NCBI RefSeq assembly: GCF_000143415.4
Contig: NW_003314355.1
Coordinates: 639,410 to 703,409 of the forward strand
DNA from: Selaginella moellendorffii
Lineage: Eukaryota > Plantae > Lycopodiophyta
Direction: 5' to 3'
DNA length: 64,000 nucleotides
In this document: positions 12,151 to 27,413 of the stretch, piece after piece
How positions within the stretch are numbered: the stretch's first letter is position 1
Layout of the letters: every line of letters begins with the position of its first letter
Translations under genes and position numbers: made by a program
The notes under the pieces: model-generated
Told to the model about the DNA's origin: nothing
Database searches by the model: none
The model's input: only the letters and a program-made list of their open reading frames with translations

Positions 12151-13359
12151 TTATACACCTTATAACATAAAAGCTTTGCTGGCCAAATAAACCACCTTTT
12201 TTACCACATCCTGTTCCAAAGAAGCAGTCAACACTTCTACATACACGGAAGACCCTCAAGAGCTCTGGATTTGGCTTTCAATCTTCTGCCCTTGTTATGC
12301 TTCAAAGACACGATTCTAGCTGCTCCAATCTTGCAACTCACCAGCCCTTTATCATGAAGGCATGTGAAGTGTCTTCTGTGTTCTCTTCTTGAGTAAAGGT
12401 TTTTGCTCCAGAGTGCGTAATTAAGTGTTTTATTCACTATATGATCAAAAAACACATATCTGTTGGCCCCATTCTACAGCAACTAAAGGCACAAGTTCTT
12501 ACACGTGAGTGAGAAGATTAGCATTCATCATGCTCATTGCCCTCAATCTCCTAACCTACAAGTGGTTTTTTAGAAGCAGTGAGACATAGCTTAAATGATA
12601 GAAAAGAAAAACTCTGTGAACAACTTCCTCACATGATCAAGCCGCTATCAAATGCTTCAGTGAGTGGCCACTTACAAAATGCCCAGTCCAATGGTAGATC
12701 CGATTGTCCAAAACCAGAGATCATCAGGATGGAGATGGTAGTACGAAGATCCAAATGAAAAGAAATGTGAGGAGCTATACCTCAAATGAAAGCTTCCCAC
12801 AAGACATGCAAATATGAGAACCAGTGCTTACCCAGCATTGTGTGATCATATGATGGGGAGACGAGCAGAGAGGGAGGAGAGGCGGCTGGAGGGTGCTTTA
12901 GTAGGGGGTGGGACGCTGCTCCCAGGCGGGGTCGTTTTGTGGAACATTGAAGGGTGACATTTTTCTTTCTTTTGAAGGGGTTGAGATTTATCTTTCACCT
13001 TGAAAGTCTATTAAAAAGTATAAACTTCAAAGTATAAAAGATAATCAAAGTTAAATGATATTTTATAAGCATAAGTATTTACCATCAATTACATTATCCT
13101 ACTACATTATGTTTAATTCTTTATTAATAAGAACACTACATTATTTCAGCCTTTCTTTTGAAAGGTTTAATAATAAATCACCTTTTTATAAAAGGTAAAA
13201 CACTTTTTTTTTAAGGGTACAAAAAGCTGTCCAAGTTCAGGCATGTTGGCAGTGTGGAATCTTGGGTGTGACTAGGGAATGCGACATTTTTAAGGAAAGA
13301 AAAATGACATCCTTTTAGATTTGAGAAAGAATTATGTATTAAATTTAATGAATGATGAA

Positions 13360-15235
13360 TTAACTAGGAGCAAACATTGTGTCTTGCTCGTGTTGTGATT
13401 TTTCTAGCACTTGTTCCTGTAAGAAATTAGACTACATATGTTTAGCTAGAAAAACCACAAACTTTGTAAAACCATACCATCAAAGTGACATTTTCTTGTG
13501 CGAGCTTGTTACGCTCTTCCATAAGTCGGCCCAACTCGCTCCTCAGTGCCGCGTTCTCCACAGCCAAAGCATCCACTCTGGTGCTTAGTTCTTCACACTC
13601 TGCCTGTCTCATTTCACACAAATTAATTCGATTTAAATCACTTTCTTCTGAAAAGGAATGAAGACAAACTTGCCTGCTTTCGCAATCTCGATCGCCTTGC
13701 TGACTCCCGGTTGGATTGCTTTCTTCTTTGCCTTTTGAGCTCCCGTTCATCCTACCAGAGGTACATTGAGAAAAAAAAAGAAGGAAACAAGTGTGATAAA
13801 CCTGTGACCACATATCAGAACCATCGCAAGCGGAAGCAGCCCCCAACAGCGAGCTTGGCATCCCCGGGAGCAGCGGCTGCGATGGCACTGACGAGTGCTT
13901 CGATTTCCTGTGTACTCTGGAAACATTTCCGCTCCAGTAATCCATCAGAGTATTCGGTACTCCCGTTGGATTCGCTTCAATGGAGCCAGAGCAGCTTCCA
14001 AACATTCCTGCTGTATTGCTACTCTCCAAAACTGCAACATCCGAGACCGAGTGAAGTTCCAGCTACTCAAGAGAACAGACTTTAAAGATCGGTCACCTTC
14101 CATAGCCATTTGATGGAAAGCATTCTTCTGCAGCAGAGAACTTGTAAAGCAGTGTTGACGAACGAGGCTAAAACATTCCTTACATTGTTGTTGTTGTTGG
14201 AGTTGTCATCTTCGCTTCCTTCGCTTGATCCATCGCTGCCACTGCTGCTACTGTCAAAGTGCGGTGAGCTCGATAATCAAAACGAAAGAAAGCTGGCTGA
14301 CCTGTGGCCAAAGCTGCCGTTCTTGACGGGCTTGCTCTTCGATGGCGAGTCGGCTTGTTGCACATCGGCTGACGCAGCAGGACCACTCTGAGCCTGTGGA
14401 GCTCTCGCGAGTAAAAAACAATCCGTGGTCGCTCACGGTGGACGTACCATTTGGAAAGCCTTTGCACCGAAATGTCCAGGAGGTGGCCCCTAAAAGCATG
14501 CTTAAGACATAGCAGGATGCTTGTTGCTCATTTGCTGTATACGATCAACACTGTTTTTTCTGACGAGAAAAATCTTACCGGCTGCCCGTAAGGATTGTAT
14601 GTCGCGAACGATGGCATCAAAGGCTGAAACGCAAACAAAAAAGAGAAAACTTCTCCATTGTCAAAAAAGAGAGAAAAAAAAACGTATAAAAAGATGAATA
14701 CTTGCCTGGATTCCTCCCCACATATAGCGTACTGGCGATGAAGCGTAGCCTGGAACAGCTGCTGCCTGCGAGAGAAACCAATCCATCAGTCGCAGAAACG
14801 AATCAAAAAGGAAGAACGATCGAAGAACCAAGGATAAGAAGTAAAAAACTCTTGAAAGGAAGAACCTGGAGTGCTGGAGATGGCGCTGCTGCTCCAATTA
14901 CATCGGCCATGGGCCATTGGCAAGCGAATTGATGAGCGGCGGACGTGGTCGGCTCCTCGTGATCCTCCTCCTCCTCCTCCTCCACCACCACCTCTTCCTC
15001 CTCGTCCTGTGAACCAGAAAGAGATAGATTGCTAAAAGCTGGTCGATCAAACAGTGGATGGATGAATGAATCAGTGAGCTCCATTCCTTCGATCGATAGC
15101 AAGAAAATGCCATGCCGATCAAGCAAAGAACACACAGCGCAAGGGAATTTCACGCGAACGATCAAGTACCTGGCGCTGCTGCTCCGGATCGTGCTGCTCG
15201 GGGGCGATCGATTTGCCGTCGCCTTCACTGCCCAT
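13360..15235 (-). CDS. G-box-binding (group G) bZIP transcription factor, multi-exon
   Basis: Spliced ERELKRQRRKQSNRESARRSRLRKQ/AECEELSTRVDALAVENAALRSEL basic-leucine zipper; Pro-rich N-terminal exons (YMWGG, PSFATYNPYG); ATG at 15235, TAA at 13360-13362. Confidence 0.88.
14964..15003. repeat. (CCT/CCA)n microsatellite encoding an acidic tract in the bZIP gene
   Basis: cctcctcctcctcctcctccaccaccacctcttcctcctc; translates as EEEEVVVEEEEEED on the minus strand. Confidence 0.8.
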
Positions 15236-15334
15236 GAAAGAGAGAAATTTTAGGGTGACCGGTGGTGGTCGTTAGTTATGTATAACTACTAAAGTAAAGA
15301 GAAAAGGGCTTTAGGTTAGGGTTCTTGGAGGAGG

Positions 15335-16423
15335 ATGGGAGACAAGAAGAAGAAACGCGGCGAGGTCGCTACACTCTCTGATCTCAAGCGCGCGCAGGAA
15401 TCGGACAGCGATTCGGATGGGCAAGAGTACTACACTGGCGGCGAGAAGAGGTAGGCACATCCAAGTTTCGTGGCCGATGAATCGATCGATGTGATTTTCA
15501 GTGGCATGGTGGTCCAGGATCCTGCCAACAACAAGCAGAACAAGGATGTCGACTCGATTTTCAATCGCGCGCTGGAGCTTGGAGCCCAGAAGGGGACGGG
15601 CGATGTCTCGTCCTCATCCAGCCGCGCCAAATCCGGTGGGTTTGGGGGCGTTGGAAGAACCCTAGCAGGCGGCCAGACATCCGCGGCGGCAGCTCCGGAC
15701 GAGGATTCGACGCCGGAGCCAGTGTTTCACACCATCACTTTCTGGAGGAATGGCTTCACTGTGAACGATGGTGGCTTGAGAAGGCTCGACGATCCAGCAA
15801 ACATTCCTTTTCTCCAGGTGCGTGAGATAGAGTTTCTTGTTTCTCTCTTTCGGTTCTCACAAGCCCCCTTGCTTGTTCTTCTAGAGCATCCACAGAGGTG
15901 AGTGCCCGAGAGAATTGGACTCTAGAAATCCAGACATCCCGGTCCATGTCAACTTGATGAAGCGCGACGCGGACTGGACCGTAAGTTCCTTCTCTCAAGT
16001 TTCTCTCTTCTCATCTGTGATCTTTGCTTTGCTCCATGCCAGCCGCCGCCTCCAGCGCAGCAGCAATACTTCTTTGGAGCAGGAAGAACTCTAGGATCTT
16101 CGCAGCCTCCCAGCAGCAATGACGCTAGTGACGCCGCTGTGACCCCTGCCGCTCCATTCCGTGGGATCGTGGTGGACGAGCAGAAGCCTTTCACGTCGCT
16201 CCAGCTGCGGCTCGCCGATGGGACGAGAATGGTAGCGCGATTCAACAATCACCACACCGTGGGAGACATTCGTGGGTTTATCGACGCGGCCCGAGCCGGC
16301 GGACCCAAGCTCTACTCGCTCCAAGTCATGGGGTTTCCTCCAAAGCTCCTCAATGATTCGTCGCTCACGATCCAAGAGGCTGGATTGGCTAACGCTGTTA
16401 TCATCCAAAAGAGCAATGCGTGA
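15335..16423 (+). CDS. Plant UBX-domain protein (p47/PUX3-4-5 type; SEP + UBX), multi-exon
   Basis: [17 protein letters not shown]; SEP domain [29 protein letters not shown]; UBX domain [16 protein letters not shown]...GFPPKLL. Confidence 0.9.
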
Positions 16424-16475
16424 ATAGAACTCCCCTTATTTATTCTCAAGTTTTAGGGCTTGTGAATCGATCGAT

Positions 16476-18235
<1,760 letters not shown>

Positions 18236-18779
18236 GTTTCACCACGAAGCTGTTTTGAAACTAGCACGACACTAGGTTGTTGTTTAGACAACCTACGCAG
18301 GATAAAGACAAACACTCAAATAATTATAACCAGGCTGGTATCAATGCTCTCTCAGCTATCAAGTCTAGATGAAGCAATCACCACGAATCATTGGTTTGCC
18401 TAGAATGCATAAGATAGTAAAATGCTCTTATTAATGAAGAAAAACCATTAACTCACAAAGACAACTACGGCCATAGCTTTGCTTGTCAACTCAAAGCAAA
18501 CAAGGATATCTCCAAGTCGAGGAGGCAATTCCAAGGCTGTTCTGGGTGTCTTGACATTCTCTAGCATAGTGTCTGACCTACTTACAATAGTTACACTCAC
18601 ATTTGCGTTAACATTAGTGGACATCGCCAACATTGCTCAGGTTATAAACATTATGGAATCTATCCTCAAGGATTGAAAAGAAAGAACGCCAGAGCTCTGG
18701 GTTTAGGATATCTCTTCAAACTTAGAGCACCAAGTGACAAGCAATCATAGCTCTTTCATCCATCGAGGCAGAGTATTGT

Positions 18780-19330
18780 AAGATGAGCAAACATGGAAGA
18801 ACCACTTTTACCTAGGGACTACAGCCTCTTTACATTGTGGCTGTCCAGAGGTTTGTCCTCCTTGGCACCGACCTTATTGGCAGCACCAGTGTGTTCGACT
18901 CCATGGCACGCCACTCTCTTGCTATTTCCCTAAAGCTTTTCTCTTGTATTTCCTCCTCTTCACCACTGGAACCCTATGATTATTGCCCACTAATTAATCA
19001 CACTTAGAGAGAAAAACACACTTTTGACTTGCTAGCCCCTTTACAAGTATATTGCTGCAACACAAGCAACTCAAAAAGCTAGGTGGCTTGAAAACATGAC
19101 TGCAGCAACCAATGACCTTGTTTTGCAATTATCGGAGTGCAATCGAGTTGTCAAAGAATCTGAATCTCATGGCCACATCAAACACATTGAGATAAGGTAC
19201 ACTTTATTCAAAAACAAGTTCTAGTGAATACGAAACAAATGACAGTAGATATCATGACAAAAGCTTTGAGCAAAGACAATTTTAAACAACATTGTGAAGA
19301 GTTCTGCCTTATAGACTGATATGAGCAGAC
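18780..19330 (+). mobile_element. Decayed Ty1/copia RNase H remnant
   Basis: HIKHIEIRY...QMTVDIMTKALSKDNFKQH resembles the copia TKHIDIRYH...QLADIFTKAL terminus. Confidence 0.55.
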
Positions 19331-21070
19331 ACATGTATATGGTGAAAATACAAAATGGTAGTTAAGGGACAAAGACATAGGCAAAATAAACCTAACGAGC
19401 AGCAAGGCTACATGACTTTAGATTGCATGACTGCTCAACTGCAGCAAATAGGAAGAGCAAATGGCCATTCCCAAACATGTTCTTCAAAGCTGTCCAATTC
19501 TCTATTGCAATCTTTGTTAAATGGGCCTTTTATATACCAACAAAAAGCTTTCAAAGGGAGGGTTTTACTATGGAAGTACGTACAAAGCAGAGGTTTGCTT
19601 GTGAATTAGAACTTTAAATGTATCATCTGAAACCATTCATCTAGTGGTATCCACATCCATTCACAAGTGCCTACCTCCTTTTGCTTCCACAAAAAATGCC
19701 AAATTTGTGCTTCTCTTTTTGCTTTCTCTGGACCATTTTGCCCTCATCTTTTCTCTAGTTGGAGCATACAAGCTGCTACTGCAGTGATGATTCAAGCCAA
19801 ACTCACACAGCTACCACCTTTGGGCCATCTGTTACACCTGGCTTTCAATATTTCCCATAGAGTAATTCCTTTCAACAAGTTTATCAATTTGGAAGACACC
19901 TTTGTTTTGTTTGTTTGCAGACTGTTGAATTGGTTAAACCAGCAAAATCTTGGCATTGAACTCACCTTGGCAAGGGAACTTGCCATGTATTGGACGAGAT
20001 ACCATAAACATGCCCTTCTCCAGACTCAACCAACACAATTTTCCCATTCCAGACAGTCGCCAAAAAGAAAGTTAGATGTCACTTTTCCTTCTATAGGTAG
20101 CTTTGGGCTATTAGCCGCTTTTACAGAAGGCCACCTGCGCTTGTCTTACACACCAAGCCATTGACTTTTGTATGGGCCAGTTCTAAAGCTTCTGATGGCT
20201 ATGATTTTCTAAATCACTTTTCTTGTTTACACTATTACATGTTTTAAATCCTTACTTTTATAGTTCTTCTCACTTGCTGGAACACACCACACTCCTGAGG
20301 GAAAGATTGCGAGACAACTGATGTTATTGTGACATCCGTAAACAAGCACACTTCTAATTTAGCAGGGTCACCCCATTTCAAACTCAGTTCCTATACATAA
20401 GAGTTTGTTTGCCCCTGTGGCTCGAACACCTCAATCCAGCTCTCTCAATCTCGCAAGAAACCTACCGAATGAGTACCATTCGGCTCTTGACCTGGCCGCC
20501 GCTGATGCTGACCGAGTTTCACCACGAAGATCTTCGCCATTAGAGGTGATTTAAACTTTTGCATTTTATAAGAGAAAGGATCTTCAATGGTACATCTCCT
20601 CTTCAGGCACGATAACACCAGGCTCGCCTTGTGATCTTGTCCTTGACATACATAGTCGTACTTCGCAGTCTCCAATATCAAGCATGTAATGTCAAATTGC
20701 TTTTTCTGCTCCTTTAGCTTCTTTCCCAGTTTGAGACTTGCCCAAAACTCCCCAGACTCGTCAAGCATCCGGCTCATCCTTGGACGCGTTCACCACTCAT
20801 CCTGACCCAGATCAAACCGACAGTAAATTTTTTTTGCTCATTCCAGATATCCCGGGTAGGGGCCTCTGGTTCTATACAGAAACTCACCTGCGCTTGTCTT
20901 ATCCCAATCCATTGTAAACCTTAAATTTCCTTATACATTTATGAGGAGGTCATGGATTCCTGTGACCCCTGGACGTCATCAAAGAGTCGGAGGAGCTGCA
21001 ACATTTTACAGATTTAATAGAATCCACTGCTCTCCCGTGAGCTTGCAAAGAAAACATTCAATGTGAATCC

Positions 21071-22519
21071 ATGGCTTCCAACTATATAATGCGAGAAACA
21101 AAAAGAGAAGTTTCTCGCCTTTCAACTGGAGTAGAAAGGATGATGTTTCTTGTAAGTATCGTGATCGCTTCTTCCTGTATCATCCTCTGCATCGTCACGA
21201 CTCATGTGAGCTGCGACGACATGGTCCTCCCGATCATGCAGCAGAATGCCAGCGCTCGCACCGATCCACGCGAGATTCGAGCCGTTTACGACGTCATGGC
21301 TGCCACTGGAAACTCGTGGGTCACAACAATTCCGGATGTTTGCAATGGAAGATGGCATGGAATTGAGTGTACCTTGGACACGAGCACCAACCTCCTTCAC
21401 GTCGTCTCGCTCTCGTTTGGAGTCCTCTCCGACGACACGGCCTTCCCTGCCTGTAGCTCCGACTCCACAATCTCGCCTTCCATTGCCAAGCTAGTCTTTC
21501 TCAGGCGCCTCTTCTTCTACAGGTGCTGCAGCGGCAATCCCCGGCCAATTCCGCCGCAAATCGGTCGGCTTGGAGCTCGCCTCGAGTCTCTGGTGCTTCG
21601 AGAAAACGGACACGTTGGTGCTGTTCCTGCGGAGCTTGCAAGCCTCTCCAAGCTTCACACCTTGGATCTTCACGGTAACAACTTGAGCTCTTCTATACCA
21701 CCTTCGCTTGGAAACCTGAGCTCTCTCCAGAGGCTCGATCTCAGCAACAACAGGCTGAGCGGTTTCATTCCCAGCTCGCTGGACAAGCTCGCCAGCGCCA
21801 TTATTCTGGACTTGAGCAACAACGATCTGGAAGGTGAGATCCCAGGCGTGATCAGCAGCTTGAGGAGCTTGAAGAAGCTCGACTTGGGCAACAACAGACT
21901 GAGTGGAAGCTTACCAGACGAATTGGGAAGGTTTGAGTCGCTGCTCTTCATGGATCTCAGTCGCAACCGGCTGGTTGGAGGCATCCCCGAGTCGTTTGGA
22001 AGGCTGCATACGCTCCAAGATTTGATCCTCCGGGAGAACAGCCTCAGCTTCACGATCCCAGAGTCACTGGGAAACATCACCAGCCTCCAGGTCCTCGTCC
22101 TCTCCTCGACCAACATCGCAGGGAAGATCCCCACGGCGCTTGGAAGGCTCAAGAGCCTCAAAGTTCTCCACCTGGAAAACAACAAGCTCCACGGATCAAT
22201 CCCAAGAGAGATCCTCGCGCTGCCTCAACTCTGCGAGCTCAACCTTGCCAGGAACTCCTTGTCCGGCCCAGTTCCAGTCTCCAGAGAAGTCGCCACCAAG
22301 CTCGGCGCTCGCCTCCGCCTCATGAACAATACGGGTCTCTGCTTGAAGTCGCCATTGAAACACGATGGAGTGGAGCAATGCGCTGAATTGGAGGAAAGTT
22401 TCAACAATCCCTCGCAGCCCAGCACTGAAACCTCTAGTAGCGTTGCACATACCGATGAAAGCATAGCTCTCCTTTTCTTTCTCGGCGCCATAGCCTATCT
22501 CAATTCGAAAACGTTGTAG
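21071..22519 (+). CDS. TMM: LRR receptor-like protein TOO MANY MOUTHS orthologue (likely start at 21140)
   Basis: ARTDPREIRAVYDVMAATGNSW...PDVCNGRWHGIEC...LSFGVLSDDTAFPAC closely matches the TMM N-terminus; plant extracellular LRRs; hydrophobic C-terminus; no kinase domain. Confidence 0.85.
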   Translation: MASNYIMRETKREVSRLSTGVERMMFLVSIVIASSCIILCIVTTHVSCDDMVLPIMQQNASARTDPREIRAVYDVMAATGNSWVTTIPDVCNGRWHGIECTLDTSTNLLHVVSLSFGVLSDDTAFPACSSDSTISPSIAKLVFLRRLFFYRCCSGNPRPIPPQIGRLGARLESLVLRENGHVGAVPAELASLSKLHTLDLHGNNLSSSIPPSLGNLSSLQRLDLSNNRLSGFIPSSLDKLASAIILDLSNNDLEGEIPGVISSLRSLKKLDLGNNRLSGSLPDELGRFESLLFMDLSRNRLVGGIPESFGRLHTLQDLILRENSLSFTIPESLGNITSLQVLVLSSTNIAGKIPTALGRLKSLKVLHLENNKLHGSIPREILALPQLCELNLARNSLSGPVPVSREVATKLGARLRLMNNTGLCLKSPLKHDGVEQCAELEESFNNPSQPSTETSSSVAHTDESIALLFFLGAIAYLNSKTL

Positions 22520-22827
22520 ACAGAATATCCTCGTTATAAGCGCAGTCAAGCATATTCCGCCTATTCAGAACTAAACTTCGCATTTTACTGAACTTCACGC
22601 AAAAGGATGCGGTGGAACCAAAATTTCCACAGTTACGACGACAAGAACAAAGAATTCGCCACCTGCTGCTAACTGGTTAGAAGATTGCTGGTTTTTTTTT
22701 TTCCTTGTTTTTTAGCATTTTTTCTTTTTGTTTTTGACGTTTCTCGTTTTTTCTTCTTTTTTCTTTTTTTCTGGTTTTAAGTTTAAATGAGAGTTTTTGG
22801 TAGGAAATACAAGTACCCGCTGCTACA

Positions 22828-24694
<1,867 letters not shown>

Positions 24695-25121
24695 CCTGCG
24701 CGAAGAACTAGGTCAAGGAATGAGGGCAAAGATCGAAGGAGAAGAAGAGCTCACCTTCACTGCCGCTGGCTTCTCCGGCTTGGATTTCTTTGGCACGACT
24801 ACTCCTAGGACCTCCTGCTCAAAGCCATGTCTCCCCCAACCCTAGACCTAAGGCCGCCTAGCGCCGTCGCCTACCTCTCTCCTCCTCCAGCCGCCCCATC
24901 GCCATCGCTCCACTGCTCAATCGCCAAGAGCGCGCGCGCGAGTAGGGCAAGAGATTTGCGCGCAGTGAAAATACGCCAAGCCGCCCAGCCAAAGCTCTCC
25001 TCCTAGAGTCAGCCGCATGCACCAATTGGATAATCCCTCAAAGGATATTCCGTTAGCTAGAAAAGGAAGTAAAAAAAAATAATGCCGAGATTAAATCGCT
25101 GGTAATTACCAGCCAGCCCGT

Positions 25122-27011
25122 ATGGAAAGAACGACGACGCAAGAGCTCGCGAGACTCCTCAAATCGGCAGGAGATTCCAGGGATCTTGGGCAGGCAAAGC
25201 GAATCCACGCCGTCCTTCTCGACAGTGTCCACGGCTGTGATCGATACCTCGCGAATTTGACGGTCGAGATGTATGCCAAGTGCGGGGATCTTGTCGAGGC
25301 AGAGCGCGCATTCACAGCGATCGGAAGACCCAACGTCTTCTCCTGGAATATACTCCTCTCGGCATATGCCCTGCATGGGCATCTGGAAGATGCAAAGAGA
25401 ACATTCGATGACATGGAGCAGCGTGACGTTGTCTCGTGGACAACTGTGATCGTGGCCTATGCCCAATGCGGTAATCTCACACAAGCTAAAGGAATGTTTG
25501 ATAGGATGCCGCGATGGAATGTGGTCTCCTGGACTGCCATGGTTCAAGCATATGCCCAAGTCGGGGACATTTTAGAATCCGAGAGAGTTTTTCACGGCAT
25601 GCTAGAGAGGAACTCCGTCTCCTGGGATACTATGATTCAGGCTTTGGTAAGCCATCGGCATTACCAGAGAGCCAAGTTTCTGTTCGATCGATCGCCAGAA
25701 CACACAATAGTCTCTTGGACAGCGATGATTAACGCCTGCTTCCAAACAGGGGAAATTGATCGCGCGAAGGCGATGTTTGATGCGGTTCCAGAGCATAATG
25801 TGGTTTCTTGGACGGTTTTGCTGCAAGGATTTGCGGAGAGTAAGCATTTAGAATCAGCACAAGTCATCTTTGAAAGGATGGCAGAGAAGAATTTGATATC
25901 GTGGGCGGTGATGCTCAATGCATTTGCCCAGATTCCTCGATTGGAAGATGCACGAGAAGTTTTTAAATCCATGCCTTATTGGAATCTGTCGACTTGGAAC
26001 ACCATGGTTTGTGCGGAGGCTCAATGCGGAGAAGTTGACAATGCTCGGGAGCTGCTGGAAACGATGCCAGAAAGAAACTTGGTGACGTGGTCAAGCCTTA
26101 TTGGGCGTGTAGGGATGGGCGAATCGCAGGAGATTCTCAAGAAGATGCCCGAGAGGGACATAGTGGCATGCAATGCTTTGCTTGCTACATATGCCCAGCT
26201 GGGGTGTCTTGAAGATTGTGAAACGTTCTTTAGAAATTCTATGCCTGAGCACGATATCTTTGCGTACACCATAATGATCAGTTTGTATTTCTCTAAAAAC
26301 CAAATAGAAATTGCAGTGCACTTGTTTAACTCCTTGCGATTTGTAGATGTTGTCGTGTGTAACTCATTCATTTCAGCAAATGCCGCGTTAGGGCATATGG
26401 AAGACTGTCAGAGATGTTTCGACACAATGAGAGACCAGGACATGACGACCTGGAATACGATGCTGGAAGCTTACGCTCAGAACTTTAAGATTTTAGAGGC
26501 GGAATCCCTGTTTCAAAACTTTCCCAGGAAGGACACTGTGTCTTGGAACGTAATGGCAATGGCGTATTCTCAGACTGGGAATCTCCCGATGACGGAAGCG
26601 TTCTTTGACGCCATGCCCAAGAGAGATTCCGCGTCGTGGAACATTTTGATAACGACGTACTGTCGCAGAGGCCGTGTCAATCAGGCCGTACGTTTCTTCC
26701 AAGACATGAACTTGTGGGCTGTTCATCCAATCGATCCCGGGTGTTTCTCGAGTATTCTTCTCTCGTGCAGTCATCGCGGGCTCGTCAGTGTTGCCCGACG
26801 CTACTTCCTTCGAATGGCCGCAGATTTTGGCATCGAACCGGACGTGGAGCTTTACTGCTGCATGATCGACGCATTTGGGAGATCCGGCCAGCTTAGAAAC
26901 GCGAGAGAATTGGTGGATTCCATGCCCTTTGTTCCCGAAAGAGTGGCATGGACAACAATTCTTGGAGCTTCATCCAGAAATCCCAAAGGTTTCGTAAGTT
27001 CTTCTGTGTAA
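25122..27011 (+). CDS. PLS-class pentatricopeptide repeat protein with E-domain start (organelle RNA-editing factor type)
   Basis: 629-aa intronless ORF with tandem 31-aa motifs (VVSWTAMV...FDRMP) and the ending CSHRGLV...YCCMIDAFGRSGQL...MPFVPERVAWTTILGA. No DYW domain. Confidence 0.9.
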   Translation: MERTTTQELARLLKSAGDSRDLGQAKRIHAVLLDSVHGCDRYLANLTVEMYAKCGDLVEAERAFTAIGRPNVFSWNILLSAYALHGHLEDAKRTFDDMEQRDVVSWTTVIVAYAQCGNLTQAKGMFDRMPRWNVVSWTAMVQAYAQVGDILESERVFHGMLERNSVSWDTMIQALVSHRHYQRAKFLFDRSPEHTIVSWTAMINACFQTGEIDRAKAMFDAVPEHNVVSWTVLLQGFAESKHLESAQVIFERMAEKNLISWAVMLNAFAQIPRLEDAREVFKSMPYWNLSTWNTMVCAEAQCGEVDNARELLETMPERNLVTWSSLIGRVGMGESQEILKKMPERDIVACNALLATYAQLGCLEDCETFFRNSMPEHDIFAYTIMISLYFSKNQIEIAVHLFNSLRFVDVVVCNSFISANAALGHMEDCQRCFDTMRDQDMTTWNTMLEAYAQNFKILEAESLFQNFPRKDTVSWNVMAMAYSQTGNLPMTEAFFDAMPKRDSASWNILITTYCRRGRVNQAVRFFQDMNLWAVHPIDPGCFSSILLSCSHRGLVSVARRYFLRMAADFGIEPDVELYCCMIDAFGRSGQLRNARELVDSMPFVPERVAWTTILGASSRNPKGFVSSSV

Positions 27012-27413
27012 AACCCGAGCACTGTTCAAGAAATTCCAAAGTTTCCTAGGTTCTTCCTACCCTTACAGATAGAACCCTGAAATATATTCTTGAATTGATC
27101 AATAAAAAACAAAGTGGTCCTAGCTAGCTAGACATGCTAAGGTCTAGGACTAGCGCCGGTTTGATAATCCATTCTCCCACGTGGCCCAACCAGAGTGCGC
27201 TAGGTGTCCACACACCATTGGTCCCCGCCAGCTTTTGTCAGTCGCATTGCGAGCCGCGCCGACCGTAATCTCGCCACATACCGCAGGATCGATTGCATCC
27301 GACGGCTCCACGCTTCTTTATCGGCAAGCAAAACAAAGGTGCGAAAACCTAAAGCGGACCTTTTTCGTTTTCTCCCACTCCACCATGGCGGTGACTTAGG
27401 GTTTTTGTGGGCG

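Noticed and set aside
22690-22800. T-rich tract giving a Lys-rich ORF
   Set aside because: Low-complexity sequence in the helicase 3' UTR; no TSD or retrocopy body identified.
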